Below are positions 54,000 to 62,261 of a stretch of 64,000 nt of DNA, piece by piece. This stretch comes from an uncultured Rhodospirillaceae bacterium (lineage in GTDB: Bacteria; Pseudomonadota; Alphaproteobacteria; UBA7887): NCBI GenBank assembly GCA_964515905.1, contig CAZEWK010000072.1, forward strand, positions 3,675-67,674. Reading direction: 5' to 3'. The translations under genes were made by a program, and so were the position numbers. Position 1 is the stretch's first letter, and the number at the start of each line of letters is the position of its first letter. The notes under the pieces are model-generated. The model searched no databases, had not been told where the DNA came from, and saw only the letters and a program-made list of their open reading frames with translations.

Positions 54000-55628
54000 T
54001 TATTTTGGGGCTGTTATCCTTTGAAACGCCCATTTCAATACACGAACCTTCTCCGTAACCTCAGAAGATAACAGTACTTGCTCCGTTCTCCGACGCACAC
54101 CACCGCATCCAAAATAAATACTTTCATGAAGGTCGATTCTCCCACCTTCTGCATGAAACTGCCAACCTACACCGCTTGGCAAGCGCAGAAGCACCGCATT
54201 ATTATTCCTGATCAGAGAAGCTCGGACTCCCGGATGCAGGTGAAACCGAACCACAATAGTTCTTTCGTGCAGGTGTTCCGGAGTAAAATTACTTATCGGT
54301 TCAATCTGATCTTCTCCTCGCAACCCCATACCGTCCGGGTCAACGTACAGTCGGCGCCGATGGCGCAGGCCGAAAATAGGCTCGTAGCCTCTGTGCCACG
54401 CATCAACCCAAATTGCCCCGGACTGTTCCTCGCGGACAACGTCTGTCACTTTAGACTCCAACCCTTTTCCCTTAGAAACACTGACAACGGAGTCCCGATC
54501 ACCGATGGTAATCGCAGAATGCGCGGCAGAGCGACGTAATGCCGACTGCCATTGGCTATCGCCTCCGCGATAGGGCCCACAATTTACAACCAAACGCTCT
54601 TTCCCAACGCTCATTTCAAAACTCAATGTGCCGGCGTAGACATTGCCTCCATCAGGCACAGTCGGACCAGTATCCATTATCACTGTCACTTTATTTGCGG
54701 AAATACGTTGGAAACCCGTATGAGGCGCGTTACTTATCAGTCCACTGTTCGCTTGGGAATTTTTGAGCACATGATCTATTATCTCAGAGCTTCCCTCAGT
54801 ACTTCCATTAAAACATGCTAAACCGCCGTCTCCATGACGCAAACATCGTAGCATTGGGACCATCTTATCTACGCTTTCGAATAACCTTGGAGGAGCCTTT
54901 ACACCTGTACCACTTAAAATATCTCTAATATCAGTCAAGTCTGCTAGGACGCGACATTGCTGTCGTGGCGATCGTTCAACATGTCCACCGTCGGGTAAAA
55001 TTTGCGACCGCAACTCACTGTCGAGTGTTGAAAGCAATTTAGAAATATTTCGTGTTGTAGGCGAGAGACAGACTGTTCCATAGACCATGCCTCGAATAGC
55101 ACCCAATCTTTTTGACCCCGTTACTTCTTGATCCACAACCCGAGATAAATGACGCGCTTGAAGTGAAAGGGTTTGATAAAATTTTTTCCCGAAGTCGTCT
55201 GCACTGTCAGGATCCAAGAATGGTGCGTGCAATAGCAATGCCGCTAAACGTCGCCCTAAAACATCAGGGCGCCAAACTAAAGGACTCCAGCTACCACAAA
55301 CATCTATCCAATCCATAATCAATGCGCGCGCAAGCCGCTGTGCCGTGGTTCCACCATGTTGTTTCAGAGCCCGCAACCATTCAAAACTATGCAGACCTGT
55401 CATCCATTCTTCGGACCCACCCTCTGGTCTCCATGGAGGAGTGCCTGGACTCCGAATTTCTTCCCCAGCAAACGTGTACCGTCCGTGAAAAAGAGCCTCG
55501 GCACGTTGGCCTTGGCTCGGCCATGGATCCGACGGGGTGTATTGCAATTCACTAGGTGAAGAGCCCAAAAGAGACATACGGTAAGCAGAGCTACCGTAAA
55601 CAGCACTTCGGATCCGTCTACTCACCAA
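54000..55628 (-). CDS. Heparinase II/III-like family protein (alpha/alpha toroid plus beta-sandwich)
   Basis: 542 aa. The domain layout resembles the conserved alphaproteobacterial heparinase II/III-like protein usually found near rsmB. Assignment is from overall pattern, not a strict motif. Confidence 0.5.
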   Translation of the reverse strand: MVSRRIRSAVYGSSAYRMSLLGSSPSELQYTPSDPWPSQGQRAEALFHGRYTFAGEEIRSPGTPPWRPEGGSEEWMTGLHSFEWLRALKQHGGTTAQRLARALIMDWIDVCGSWSPLVWRPDVLGRRLAALLLHAPFLDPDSADDFGKKFYQTLSLQARHLSRVVDQEVTGSKRLGAIRGMVYGTVCLSPTTRNISKLLSTLDSELRSQILPDGGHVERSPRQQCRVLADLTDIRDILSGTGVKAPPRLFESVDKMVPMLRCLRHGDGGLACFNGSTEGSSEIIDHVLKNSQANSGLISNAPHTGFQRISANKVTVIMDTGPTVPDGGNVYAGTLSFEMSVGKERLVVNCGPYRGGDSQWQSALRRSAAHSAITIGDRDSVVSVSKGKGLESKVTDVVREEQSGAIWVDAWHRGYEPIFGLRHRRRLYVDPDGMGLRGEDQIEPISNFTPEHLHERTIVVRFHLHPGVRASLIRNNNAVLLRLPSGVGWQFHAEGGRIDLHESIYFGCGGVRRRTEQVLLSSEVTEKVRVLKWAFQRITAPK

Positions 55629-55680
55629 GTGCCGGGCCTACCAAGAATTTGATTTTCTATGGGCAGCCCTACTGGACAAT

Positions 55681-56355
55681 TTACAGTGTTTTGGAGCCAC
55701 ACCTTAAGCGCCGAATATTCTTTGCGTAGCATGTTCTTCCTCCGGTAAAAGCAGCCGTCCCTGCGACCAAAATATTAGCACCGGCCGATATAACCTGAGG
55801 CGCATTATCAAAATTTATGCCCCCATCAACTTCAAGATCGATTTCACGGCCCGACAGGTCAATCAACTCTCTCAAAAAACTAATTTTCTCGAGCTGCGTT
55901 TTGATGAACTTTTGACCTCCGAAACCTGGATTCACTGACATCACCAAAATTAAATCAACAAACTCAATCACGCTAGCCACTGCTGACCCAGGAGTCCCCG
56001 GATTAAGGGACACACCGACCTTTCGGCCTGACTCCTTTATCAGTTCAATGGTCCGGTGCAAATGAGGTCCGGCTTCTACATGCACCGTTATAATATCAGC
56101 ACCCGCATCCACAAATGAGCCAATAAACGGATCAACTGGTGAAATCATAAGGTGCACATCAAATGGAAGGCTACTGTGAGCACGCAGTGCTTTTACGACA
56201 TCAGGGCCCATAGTAATATTGGGCACAAAATGCCCGTCCATCACATCAACATGTATGAGATCCGCACCGGCGTTAGTGATGGTTTCAACTTCAGCCCCAA
56301 GTTGGGAAAAATCCGCCGCAAGTATTGAAGGGGCTATTCGTACTTGTGTTTGCAT
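55681..56355 (-). CDS. rpe: Ribulose-phosphate 3-epimerase
   Basis: IAPSILAADFSQLG...HVDVMDGHFVPNIT. 224 aa. Confidence 0.95.
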   Translation of the reverse strand: MQTQVRIAPSILAADFSQLGAEVETITNAGADLIHVDVMDGHFVPNITMGPDVVKALRAHSSLPFDVHLMISPVDPFIGSFVDAGADIITVHVEAGPHLHRTIELIKESGRKVGVSLNPGTPGSAVASVIEFVDLILVMSVNPGFGGQKFIKTQLEKISFLRELIDLSGREIDLEVDGGINFDNAPQVISAGANILVAGTAAFTGGRTCYAKNIRRLRCGSKTL

Positions 56356-56372
56356 ATATCTGACCTATCAGC

Positions 56373-57650
56373 TTAGCACGAACGCTTCAAGCGAGCAGCA
56401 TAAAAGCCATCCATACCTCCCAAGTCAGCCCAATGGGCTGGCAAAGTCTGAATATCGCCATCGTTTGTAACGAATGGGCCAAGACATTCGTGGTCAGACT
56501 CGTTCATGGGAACCCGAATAAGATCAGAATGGCGTTCGAGTAAACTTGATATTCTTTGTTTCCCCTCTTCAACCTGCAGTGAACACGTTGCAAAAACGAT
56601 GATGCCACCTGGAGCAAGCATTCTAACCGCAGCATCTAACAGTGTATCCTGAATGACTATTGCTCGCTGCAAGTCCTCTTTACCCCTGAGGTGCATAATA
56701 TCGGGATGTCGACGGATGGTACCCGTCGCTGTGCAGGGTGCGTCCAACAGGATATACCGTGAAAGTCGTGATGGTTGCCAATTATTGACATCTGCATGAA
56801 CTATCTGTGCATTTAGTCGCAAACGCTTGAGGTTGGCTCGCAACTTTTCTAACCGCGATCCTGATCTATCCACAGCAACCACCTCAGCTCCACGAGAAAG
56901 TAATTGTGCGGTTTTCCCGCCGGGGGCCGCACACAAGTCCAGAACTTCTTGTCCGTTAACATCACCAAACAAAAGTACCGGTAGTCCGGCAGCAACATCC
57001 TGAACCCACCAGTCACCTTTTTCGAATCCTGGCCGGTCCGTAACTTGGCCTTTCGATTGAACGCGAAGAGTTCCGGTTGGGAGCAAATGGGCACTAAGAG
57101 GCCCAACCAATGAGTCTGGCTTGCCCTTTGGGGTAATATCAAGAGGGGGCTCTATCAAGTGGGCCGCGCTTATTTTGCGTGCCAGACCATTCCCGTAGGC
57201 ACTACACCAACTTTCCCAAAGCCAACGAGGTGTATTCAATATTTCTTCGTCTTGCGACTCCACCCACTCAACCCCTTCCCTGACCAAACGCCGCAAGACA
57301 GCGTTTACCAATTTTCGATACCGATGTAGGTGTCCCGGAACCATATCTACCATAACGTTTACAGCCGCATGAGGCGGGGTTCCAACAAAGATGATTTGGG
57401 TAAAACCAATCCGCAATATATCATTAATTCTCTGTGCCTCTTTCGGCAATGGATGATCCAGACAATGGGCAATAAGTTCATCTATTTGCCCTAAACGCCG
57501 AAGACAAGTTGATACAACAAGCCAGACAAACGCTCGATCACGACTATCCAACGCCGAAAATTTTTCGTTCGCCGACACAGCCCCCTCAAGGCTCACGCCT
57601 TGATGCAGAACAGCGCGAAGAAGGTGCACAGCGATTAACCGGGTAGACAT
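56373..57650 (-). CDS. rsmB: 16S rRNA (cytosine967-C5)-methyltransferase RsmB/Sun
   Basis: NusB-like N-domain. SAM motif LDLCAAPGGKT. Catalytic Cys in DAPCT and ATCS. Confidence 0.9.
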   Translation of the reverse strand: MSTRLIAVHLLRAVLHQGVSLEGAVSANEKFSALDSRDRAFVWLVVSTCLRRLGQIDELIAHCLDHPLPKEAQRINDILRIGFTQIIFVGTPPHAAVNVMVDMVPGHLHRYRKLVNAVLRRLVREGVEWVESQDEEILNTPRWLWESWCSAYGNGLARKISAAHLIEPPLDITPKGKPDSLVGPLSAHLLPTGTLRVQSKGQVTDRPGFEKGDWWVQDVAAGLPVLLFGDVNGQEVLDLCAAPGGKTAQLLSRGAEVVAVDRSGSRLEKLRANLKRLRLNAQIVHADVNNWQPSRLSRYILLDAPCTATGTIRRHPDIMHLRGKEDLQRAIVIQDTLLDAAVRMLAPGGIIVFATCSLQVEEGKQRISSLLERHSDLIRVPMNESDHECLGPFVTNDGDIQTLPAHWADLGGMDGFYAARLKRSC

Positions 57651-57813
57651 CTACAATATCCCCGCAATAGGCCCGTTGCCCTGGTGTTTAAACATAGCGT
57701 ATTATCCTTCAAGATTTCTATCTGAAGCATTCACACGGTTTGTTTCTAGTACTGTACAACATACAACTAAATAGACTTGTTTCTTCCAAATTCATGACAG
57801 GATAAAATTTTAA

Positions 57814-57999
57814 TTGGCAAAACATACCACGATGAACACAAAAACTAATAAAACACCCAACAGAGTACCAAGTCTGACTCCTCCTCCAAAGGATTTTACA
57901 TCGCCGAAAAAAACGATGACAGAGAGGGGCGGGCCTTCCGGACCTGAACCAACTCGTTATGGCGATTGGGAAAAAAATGGTCGAGTTAGCGACTTTTAA
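57814..57999 (+). CDS. DUF1674 / SDHAF4-like small protein
   Basis: C-terminal [19 protein letters not shown] matches the conserved DUF1674 (succinate dehydrogenase assembly factor 4-like) terminus. 61 aa; the ORF could start at an internal Met. Confidence 0.6.
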   Translation: MAKHTTMNTKTNKTPNRVPSLTPPPKDFTSPKKTMTERGGPSGPEPTRYGDWEKNGRVSDF

Positions 58000-58141
58000 A
58001 AAAATATCGTCGGAATTCAATGTTGAGTTTAGCTAAAATCTGCACAGCTACTGTTTAAGTAATTCTGAAACAATGACCGGTGGTTAATATACAACTCGTA
58101 TAGTTTAAAATTTACACCTCGTTGAGGGCCCAAGAGACAAA

Positions 58142-59047
58142 ATGCCAAACGATAAAGACCCAACACAAATGGAAGATCGCGTTAATCAAGCTGTGCAACT
58201 ACACATGTCTGGCAATCTATCGGATGCCAAGAATAGCTATTTAAAAATATTGAACTCTGAGCCAAAGCACCCTGTGGCGTTACACTTGCTGGGCGTTCTC
58301 TCCCATCAAATGGGAGATAGCGACCAAGCAATCCAACTGATAGAGCAAGCATTAACAGTCATGCCAGAATATGTTGAAGCATATAGCAACCTGGGAAACG
58401 TGCTAAGAGAGACAGGCAAGCTTCAGGAAGCATCGTCGAGCTATCGACGCGCCATAAACTTTGCTCCAGACTATGCCGAAGCACATTACAACCTTGCTCA
58501 AACGCTTCGGGAGTTAGGACACACTGAAGATGCTCTAGTAAGTTTTCAAGATACCTTAAAATTTGCGGGTGATTTCCCTGAAGGATATAATGATACTGGT
58601 GCTTTACTCCTCGACCTTGATAGGCATCAAGAAGCGATTGACTATTTTCAGAAAGCAATTGCGCTAAGACCGGAATTCGCTGAGGCCCATAGTAACCTAG
58701 GCAACGCCCACGCAGATCTAGGCCAACTAGATGATGCAATTCAGAGCTATGAAACAGCGCTAGCAATACGGCCCGACCTTGGAGAAGTACACAGCAATCT
58801 GGGGAATGCCCTCTGGGAAGAACGCAGACTCGAAGAATCCATAGTGAGTTATCGCAAGGCCCTTGACATACAACCCCAAGACCCCAAAACACATCACAGT
58901 ATGGGCATTGCACTATTAGACTTAGGAAAGCATAAGGAAGGTCTCCAACACAAACGATTGGGAGCGGGCGTGATCGAATTTACAGCGGACAACCAAAACG
59001 GATATAGAATACTCGGCGGCACATCAGAGAGGACGCCCGATGATTGA
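58142..59047 (+). CDS. Tetratricopeptide-repeat protein
   Basis: At least six tandem 34-aa TPR units (AxxYxNLGxxLxxxGxxxEAxxxYxxAL). Confidence 0.8.
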   Translation: MPNDKDPTQMEDRVNQAVQLHMSGNLSDAKNSYLKILNSEPKHPVALHLLGVLSHQMGDSDQAIQLIEQALTVMPEYVEAYSNLGNVLRETGKLQEASSSYRRAINFAPDYAEAHYNLAQTLRELGHTEDALVSFQDTLKFAGDFPEGYNDTGALLLDLDRHQEAIDYFQKAIALRPEFAEAHSNLGNAHADLGQLDDAIQSYETALAIRPDLGEVHSNLGNALWEERRLEESIVSYRKALDIQPQDPKTHHSMGIALLDLGKHKEGLQHKRLGAGVIEFTADNQNGYRILGGTSERTPDD

Positions 59048-59648
59048 GCGACAAAATATAAGTGATACCGGAATTCCAAATTTTATGGGTTGCTGGGTTT
59101 TTGAGGATACATCCGTATGCGACGACCTCATTCTATTTTTTGAGGACAACAAAGAATCTCAAAGAGCTGGTAGAACGTCCCTTCGCTCAGTAAATGAAAA
59201 CGTAAAACGATCTACGGATATACCAATAGCACCGTTAGACCTGAAGGAGGAAAAATTCCAAGTTTTTTTAAAATTTATAGAGCACCTCGAAGCGTGTCAT
59301 CTGGATTATTTGGACCAGTGGGGACTCCTAAAGAAATTTTATCCTAGATTGCACATTGGGCCCTTTAATTTGCGACGATACGACGCAGGCGGCCATTTTG
59401 GTGCCGTACATTCCGAACGGACTTCACTAAATGTCCTTCATCGGGTCCTTGCCTGGATGACTTACCTGAACGACGTACCCGAAGGCGGGGAAACTGACTT
59501 CGTCCTCTACAATCTAAGCATAAAACCTGAAAAAGGGAAAACACTCATCTGGCCTGCAGAATGGACACATGCGCACCGAGGGTCCGTCGTTAAACAGGGG
59601 CCAAAATATATCACCACTGGATGGCTGCAACTCCCAGATGATGTTTAA
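59040..59648 (+). CDS. Putative 2OG-Fe(II) oxygenase superfamily protein (P4H-like)
   Basis: Candidate HxE...H...RxS constellation (AVHSE ... WTHAHRGS). Overlaps the TPR gene by 8 nt. 202 aa. Confidence 0.5.
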   Translation: MIERQNISDTGIPNFMGCWVFEDTSVCDDLILFFEDNKESQRAGRTSLRSVNENVKRSTDIPIAPLDLKEEKFQVFLKFIEHLEACHLDYLDQWGLLKKFYPRLHIGPFNLRRYDAGGHFGAVHSERTSLNVLHRVLAWMTYLNDVPEGGETDFVLYNLSIKPEKGKTLIWPAEWTHAHRGSVVKQGPKYITTGWLQLPDDV

Positions 59649-59677
59649 GAATTGCAAATTACAATTAGCCAAAAACA

Positions 59678-59721
59678 AATCCGCCGGGCGAAATCGCCCG
59701 GCGGATTAAAACTTTTAAAAC
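59678..59721. terminator. Strong bidirectional hairpin terminator (AATCCGCCGGGCG-AAAT-CGCCCGGCGGATT) with flanking A/T tracts
   Basis: 13-bp perfect GC-rich inverted repeat 30 nt after the oxygenase stop. AAAACTTTTAAAAC follows on the + strand and TTGTTTTTGG on the - strand. Confidence 0.65.
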
Positions 59722-59921
59722 TTGTATCGACCTACAGGTCGGCGCAAGCGTAGCAATTGATCTCTAGACCAACAGCAACTTCTACTACTACAGGCTTCGT
59801 CCACATAAGATTTTCTCCCAAATACTAGCTAGTGCTTGGCTCATCCAAGCTTTCGGAGGCAATAGTACTATTTATTGCTTGGCCGGATACCTATACCAGT
59901 CATTTGAATTTCAAATGACCC

Positions 59922-60887
59922 TTACAGCTCATCCATCAAAGGAGGGACGTCCTGCAAGAGTGGTAACGTAAGCTGCTGCCCAATTTCCGATAAAACCTTT
60001 AGAAAACAAGCATATGGCTCTACTCGAACGTACTGCGAGGGTGTGAGAGCTACTATATCTCTATCGGGCAGTTTCGTCCGATAAAGCGTTACATCGAAGC
60101 TCTTATCAGGACCAATAATAGCTGTCATCGCTGGAACTACTGCCACACCCAGCCCTTCCTGCACCATTGATAAAGCCACTTCATACGTCCGGGTTTGGCT
60201 GATCACCCTATAGTGGGGCAGTACTCGCTGATACCACTCCTCGATCCGACGCTTGTGCAAACTACCAAAATTGAACTGGATGGTACTATTTATTACCGCC
60301 CTCTCTGTTTCAGGCAAATCTGCCTCTACGTTTTGGATATTCGTCAAATCGATTCCTTTGGGAACGGCCAAAACATATGGGTCTGTTGCTGTTGGTGTCT
60401 GATGGAAAGAAGAAGCGGAACTAGCAATGGAGTCCGTAGCCAACATAGCGATATTCAAACGTCTCCCATATAGCAAATCTAATGCTTCAGCAGGAGCTGT
60501 TTCGTGTATGTCTATTTCAATATCTGGAAAACTCTCGCCGAAACGGGTAACAGCGTTTGGGATTAGATTACGTGCTATTGAGCTCAAAGCTCCAACTGCA
60601 ATTACACCTCTTGTCCCCTCAGAAAATTCCCTTAACCCGATTGTGGCCTCCTCAACACCAGCCAAAATTAGTTCCGCCTTCCGCGCTAGGAAGATCCCTG
60701 CATCCGTTAAGTTCATTTGACTACTATCGCGATTGAATAGTTGCGTCCCAACATCTTTCTCAAGTTTCGAAATTTGTTGTGATAGGGATGGCTGGGCTAG
60801 ACCCAGCACTTTGCTCGCTTTAGTAAAAGACTTAGCGTGCGCCACGGCCCAAAAAATTCGTAATTGATGTAGTGTCATCGCTCTCAA
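59922..60887 (-). CDS. LysR-family transcriptional regulator
   Basis: N-terminal wHTH LHQLRIFWAVAHAKSFTKASKVLGLAQPSLSQQISKLE. C-terminal substrate-binding domain. 321 aa. Confidence 0.9.
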   Translation of the reverse strand: MRAMTLHQLRIFWAVAHAKSFTKASKVLGLAQPSLSQQISKLEKDVGTQLFNRDSSQMNLTDAGIFLARKAELILAGVEEATIGLREFSEGTRGVIAVGALSSIARNLIPNAVTRFGESFPDIEIDIHETAPAEALDLLYGRRLNIAMLATDSIASSASSFHQTPTATDPYVLAVPKGIDLTNIQNVEADLPETERAVINSTIQFNFGSLHKRRIEEWYQRVLPHYRVISQTRTYEVALSMVQEGLGVAVVPAMTAIIGPDKSFDVTLYRTKLPDRDIVALTPSQYVRVEPYACFLKVLSEIGQQLTLPLLQDVPPLMDEL

Positions 60888-61126
60888 TTACTCTTTCTTC
60901 CAATTAGTAGGCTGGACGCTAGGCCAGTCGTTGAAATAGTTCAAGCCCCAGCACGACTAACACTACACCGGTTCAATCCCATAATTATCAAGGAAAATAC
61001 GAATCAACTATATTATACGTAGAATTAACGTTAATCTCTAGAATACTAAATAACTGCTTATATCTTGTGATACAGCCTATCAAGTGGCTAAGTGCACTCA
61101 TACTCATAGACTGGCAGAACTACAAA

Positions 61127-62206
61127 ATGGACACAAATTTCCGAGTTGGCCATTCCTCTGATCCGTCCTGGCAGAATGCTGTCAAAGACTGCTTGGAACA
61201 AATTGGTCCGACCTCCAGTTTGAACCTTGGTTTTTTATACGTGGTTGAACCTTTAGGACAAGTTCTGGATTCGATTTTGGAACTATTACGGGCTGAGACT
61301 GGGATAACGACCTGGACCGGAGCGTCCGCCGCCGGTGTACTGGCGAATGAAACTGAATATTTCGGTCACGCGGCGGTTGCAATTATGTTAGCCCGCCTTC
61401 CCCAGAATGCTTTTGAGGTCTTTGAAGACGCGCTACCTTCTGATAAGCACTTTGCAATCGTACATTGTGATTCGCGAAGACCCGATATTGAAAGCCATAT
61501 TGCTGAGATTGGAAATGCTCAAAACAACTTTCTCGTTGGGGGCGTAACGATGCCAGAAGGACGACGGATCAGCAATCGGCCCGTAAACGACTGGAGAACG
61601 ACAGGGATCGCGTTTGGCGATTCTCTCCAAATTCAAACCGGTGTTACCCAGGGATGCAGCCCAATTGGCCCCACGCACATCATCACAAAATGTAGAGGGA
61701 ATTTGATTTTTACAATCGACGACGAACCCGCCCTTCAGATACTTAAAAATGAAATGGGGCCCATACTTTCTAAACGCCTAGAAAATGCTTCTGGTTATAT
61801 TTTCGCCGCAACACCAATCGATGGTTCAGACATGGGTGACTATTTGGTCCGCAACATTATGGCCGTAGACATTAATCAAAATGCTCTTGCAATAGCGGCA
61901 GATCTGAAATCCGGTGATAAAATATTGTTCTGCAAACGCGATGAGATGAGTGCCCGAACAGACCTTAGAAATATGGTGAGAAAAGTGGCTCGACGGCATA
62001 CTAGACCATTAAAAGCTGCGCTTTATTATTCATGCATCGCCCGTGGCCCTAATTTGTTTGGACCTGAATCTCAAGAGATCCTTACTATTCAGTCCGCTTT
62101 AAATGAAGGTGAGGGTGGCGTCCCATTAGTAGGGTTTTTCGCAAACGGCGAAATTTCCAATGATCGCCTGTACACATACACAGGCGTATTGACGACGTTC
62201 TCCTGA
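61127..62206 (+). CDS. Putative stand-alone FIST-domain sensor-like protein (FIST_N + FIST_C)
   Basis: About 360 aa with no TM or output domain. Gly-rich conserved blocks resemble FIST N and C domains. Divergent from the LysR regulator. Start placed at MDTNF; the ORF opens at 61067. Confidence 0.45.
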   Translation: MDTNFRVGHSSDPSWQNAVKDCLEQIGPTSSLNLGFLYVVEPLGQVLDSILELLRAETGITTWTGASAAGVLANETEYFGHAAVAIMLARLPQNAFEVFEDALPSDKHFAIVHCDSRRPDIESHIAEIGNAQNNFLVGGVTMPEGRRISNRPVNDWRTTGIAFGDSLQIQTGVTQGCSPIGPTHIITKCRGNLIFTIDDEPALQILKNEMGPILSKRLENASGYIFAATPIDGSDMGDYLVRNIMAVDINQNALAIAADLKSGDKILFCKRDEMSARTDLRNMVRKVARRHTRPLKAALYYSCIARGPNLFGPESQEILTIQSALNEGEGGVPLVGFFANGEISNDRLYTYTGVLTTFS

Positions 62207-62261
62207 AAAATCGAAACTCTACCCCATCGGTTTACTTGCCTACTCTGAAGGAGTGCTTCCC

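Noticed and set aside
57718-58020. 100-aa minus-strand ORF in the rsmB-TPR spacer
   Set aside because: It overlaps the plus-strand DUF1674-like ORF, which carries a recognisable conserved C-terminal motif. The minus-strand translation is Cys- and Arg-rich with no motif.
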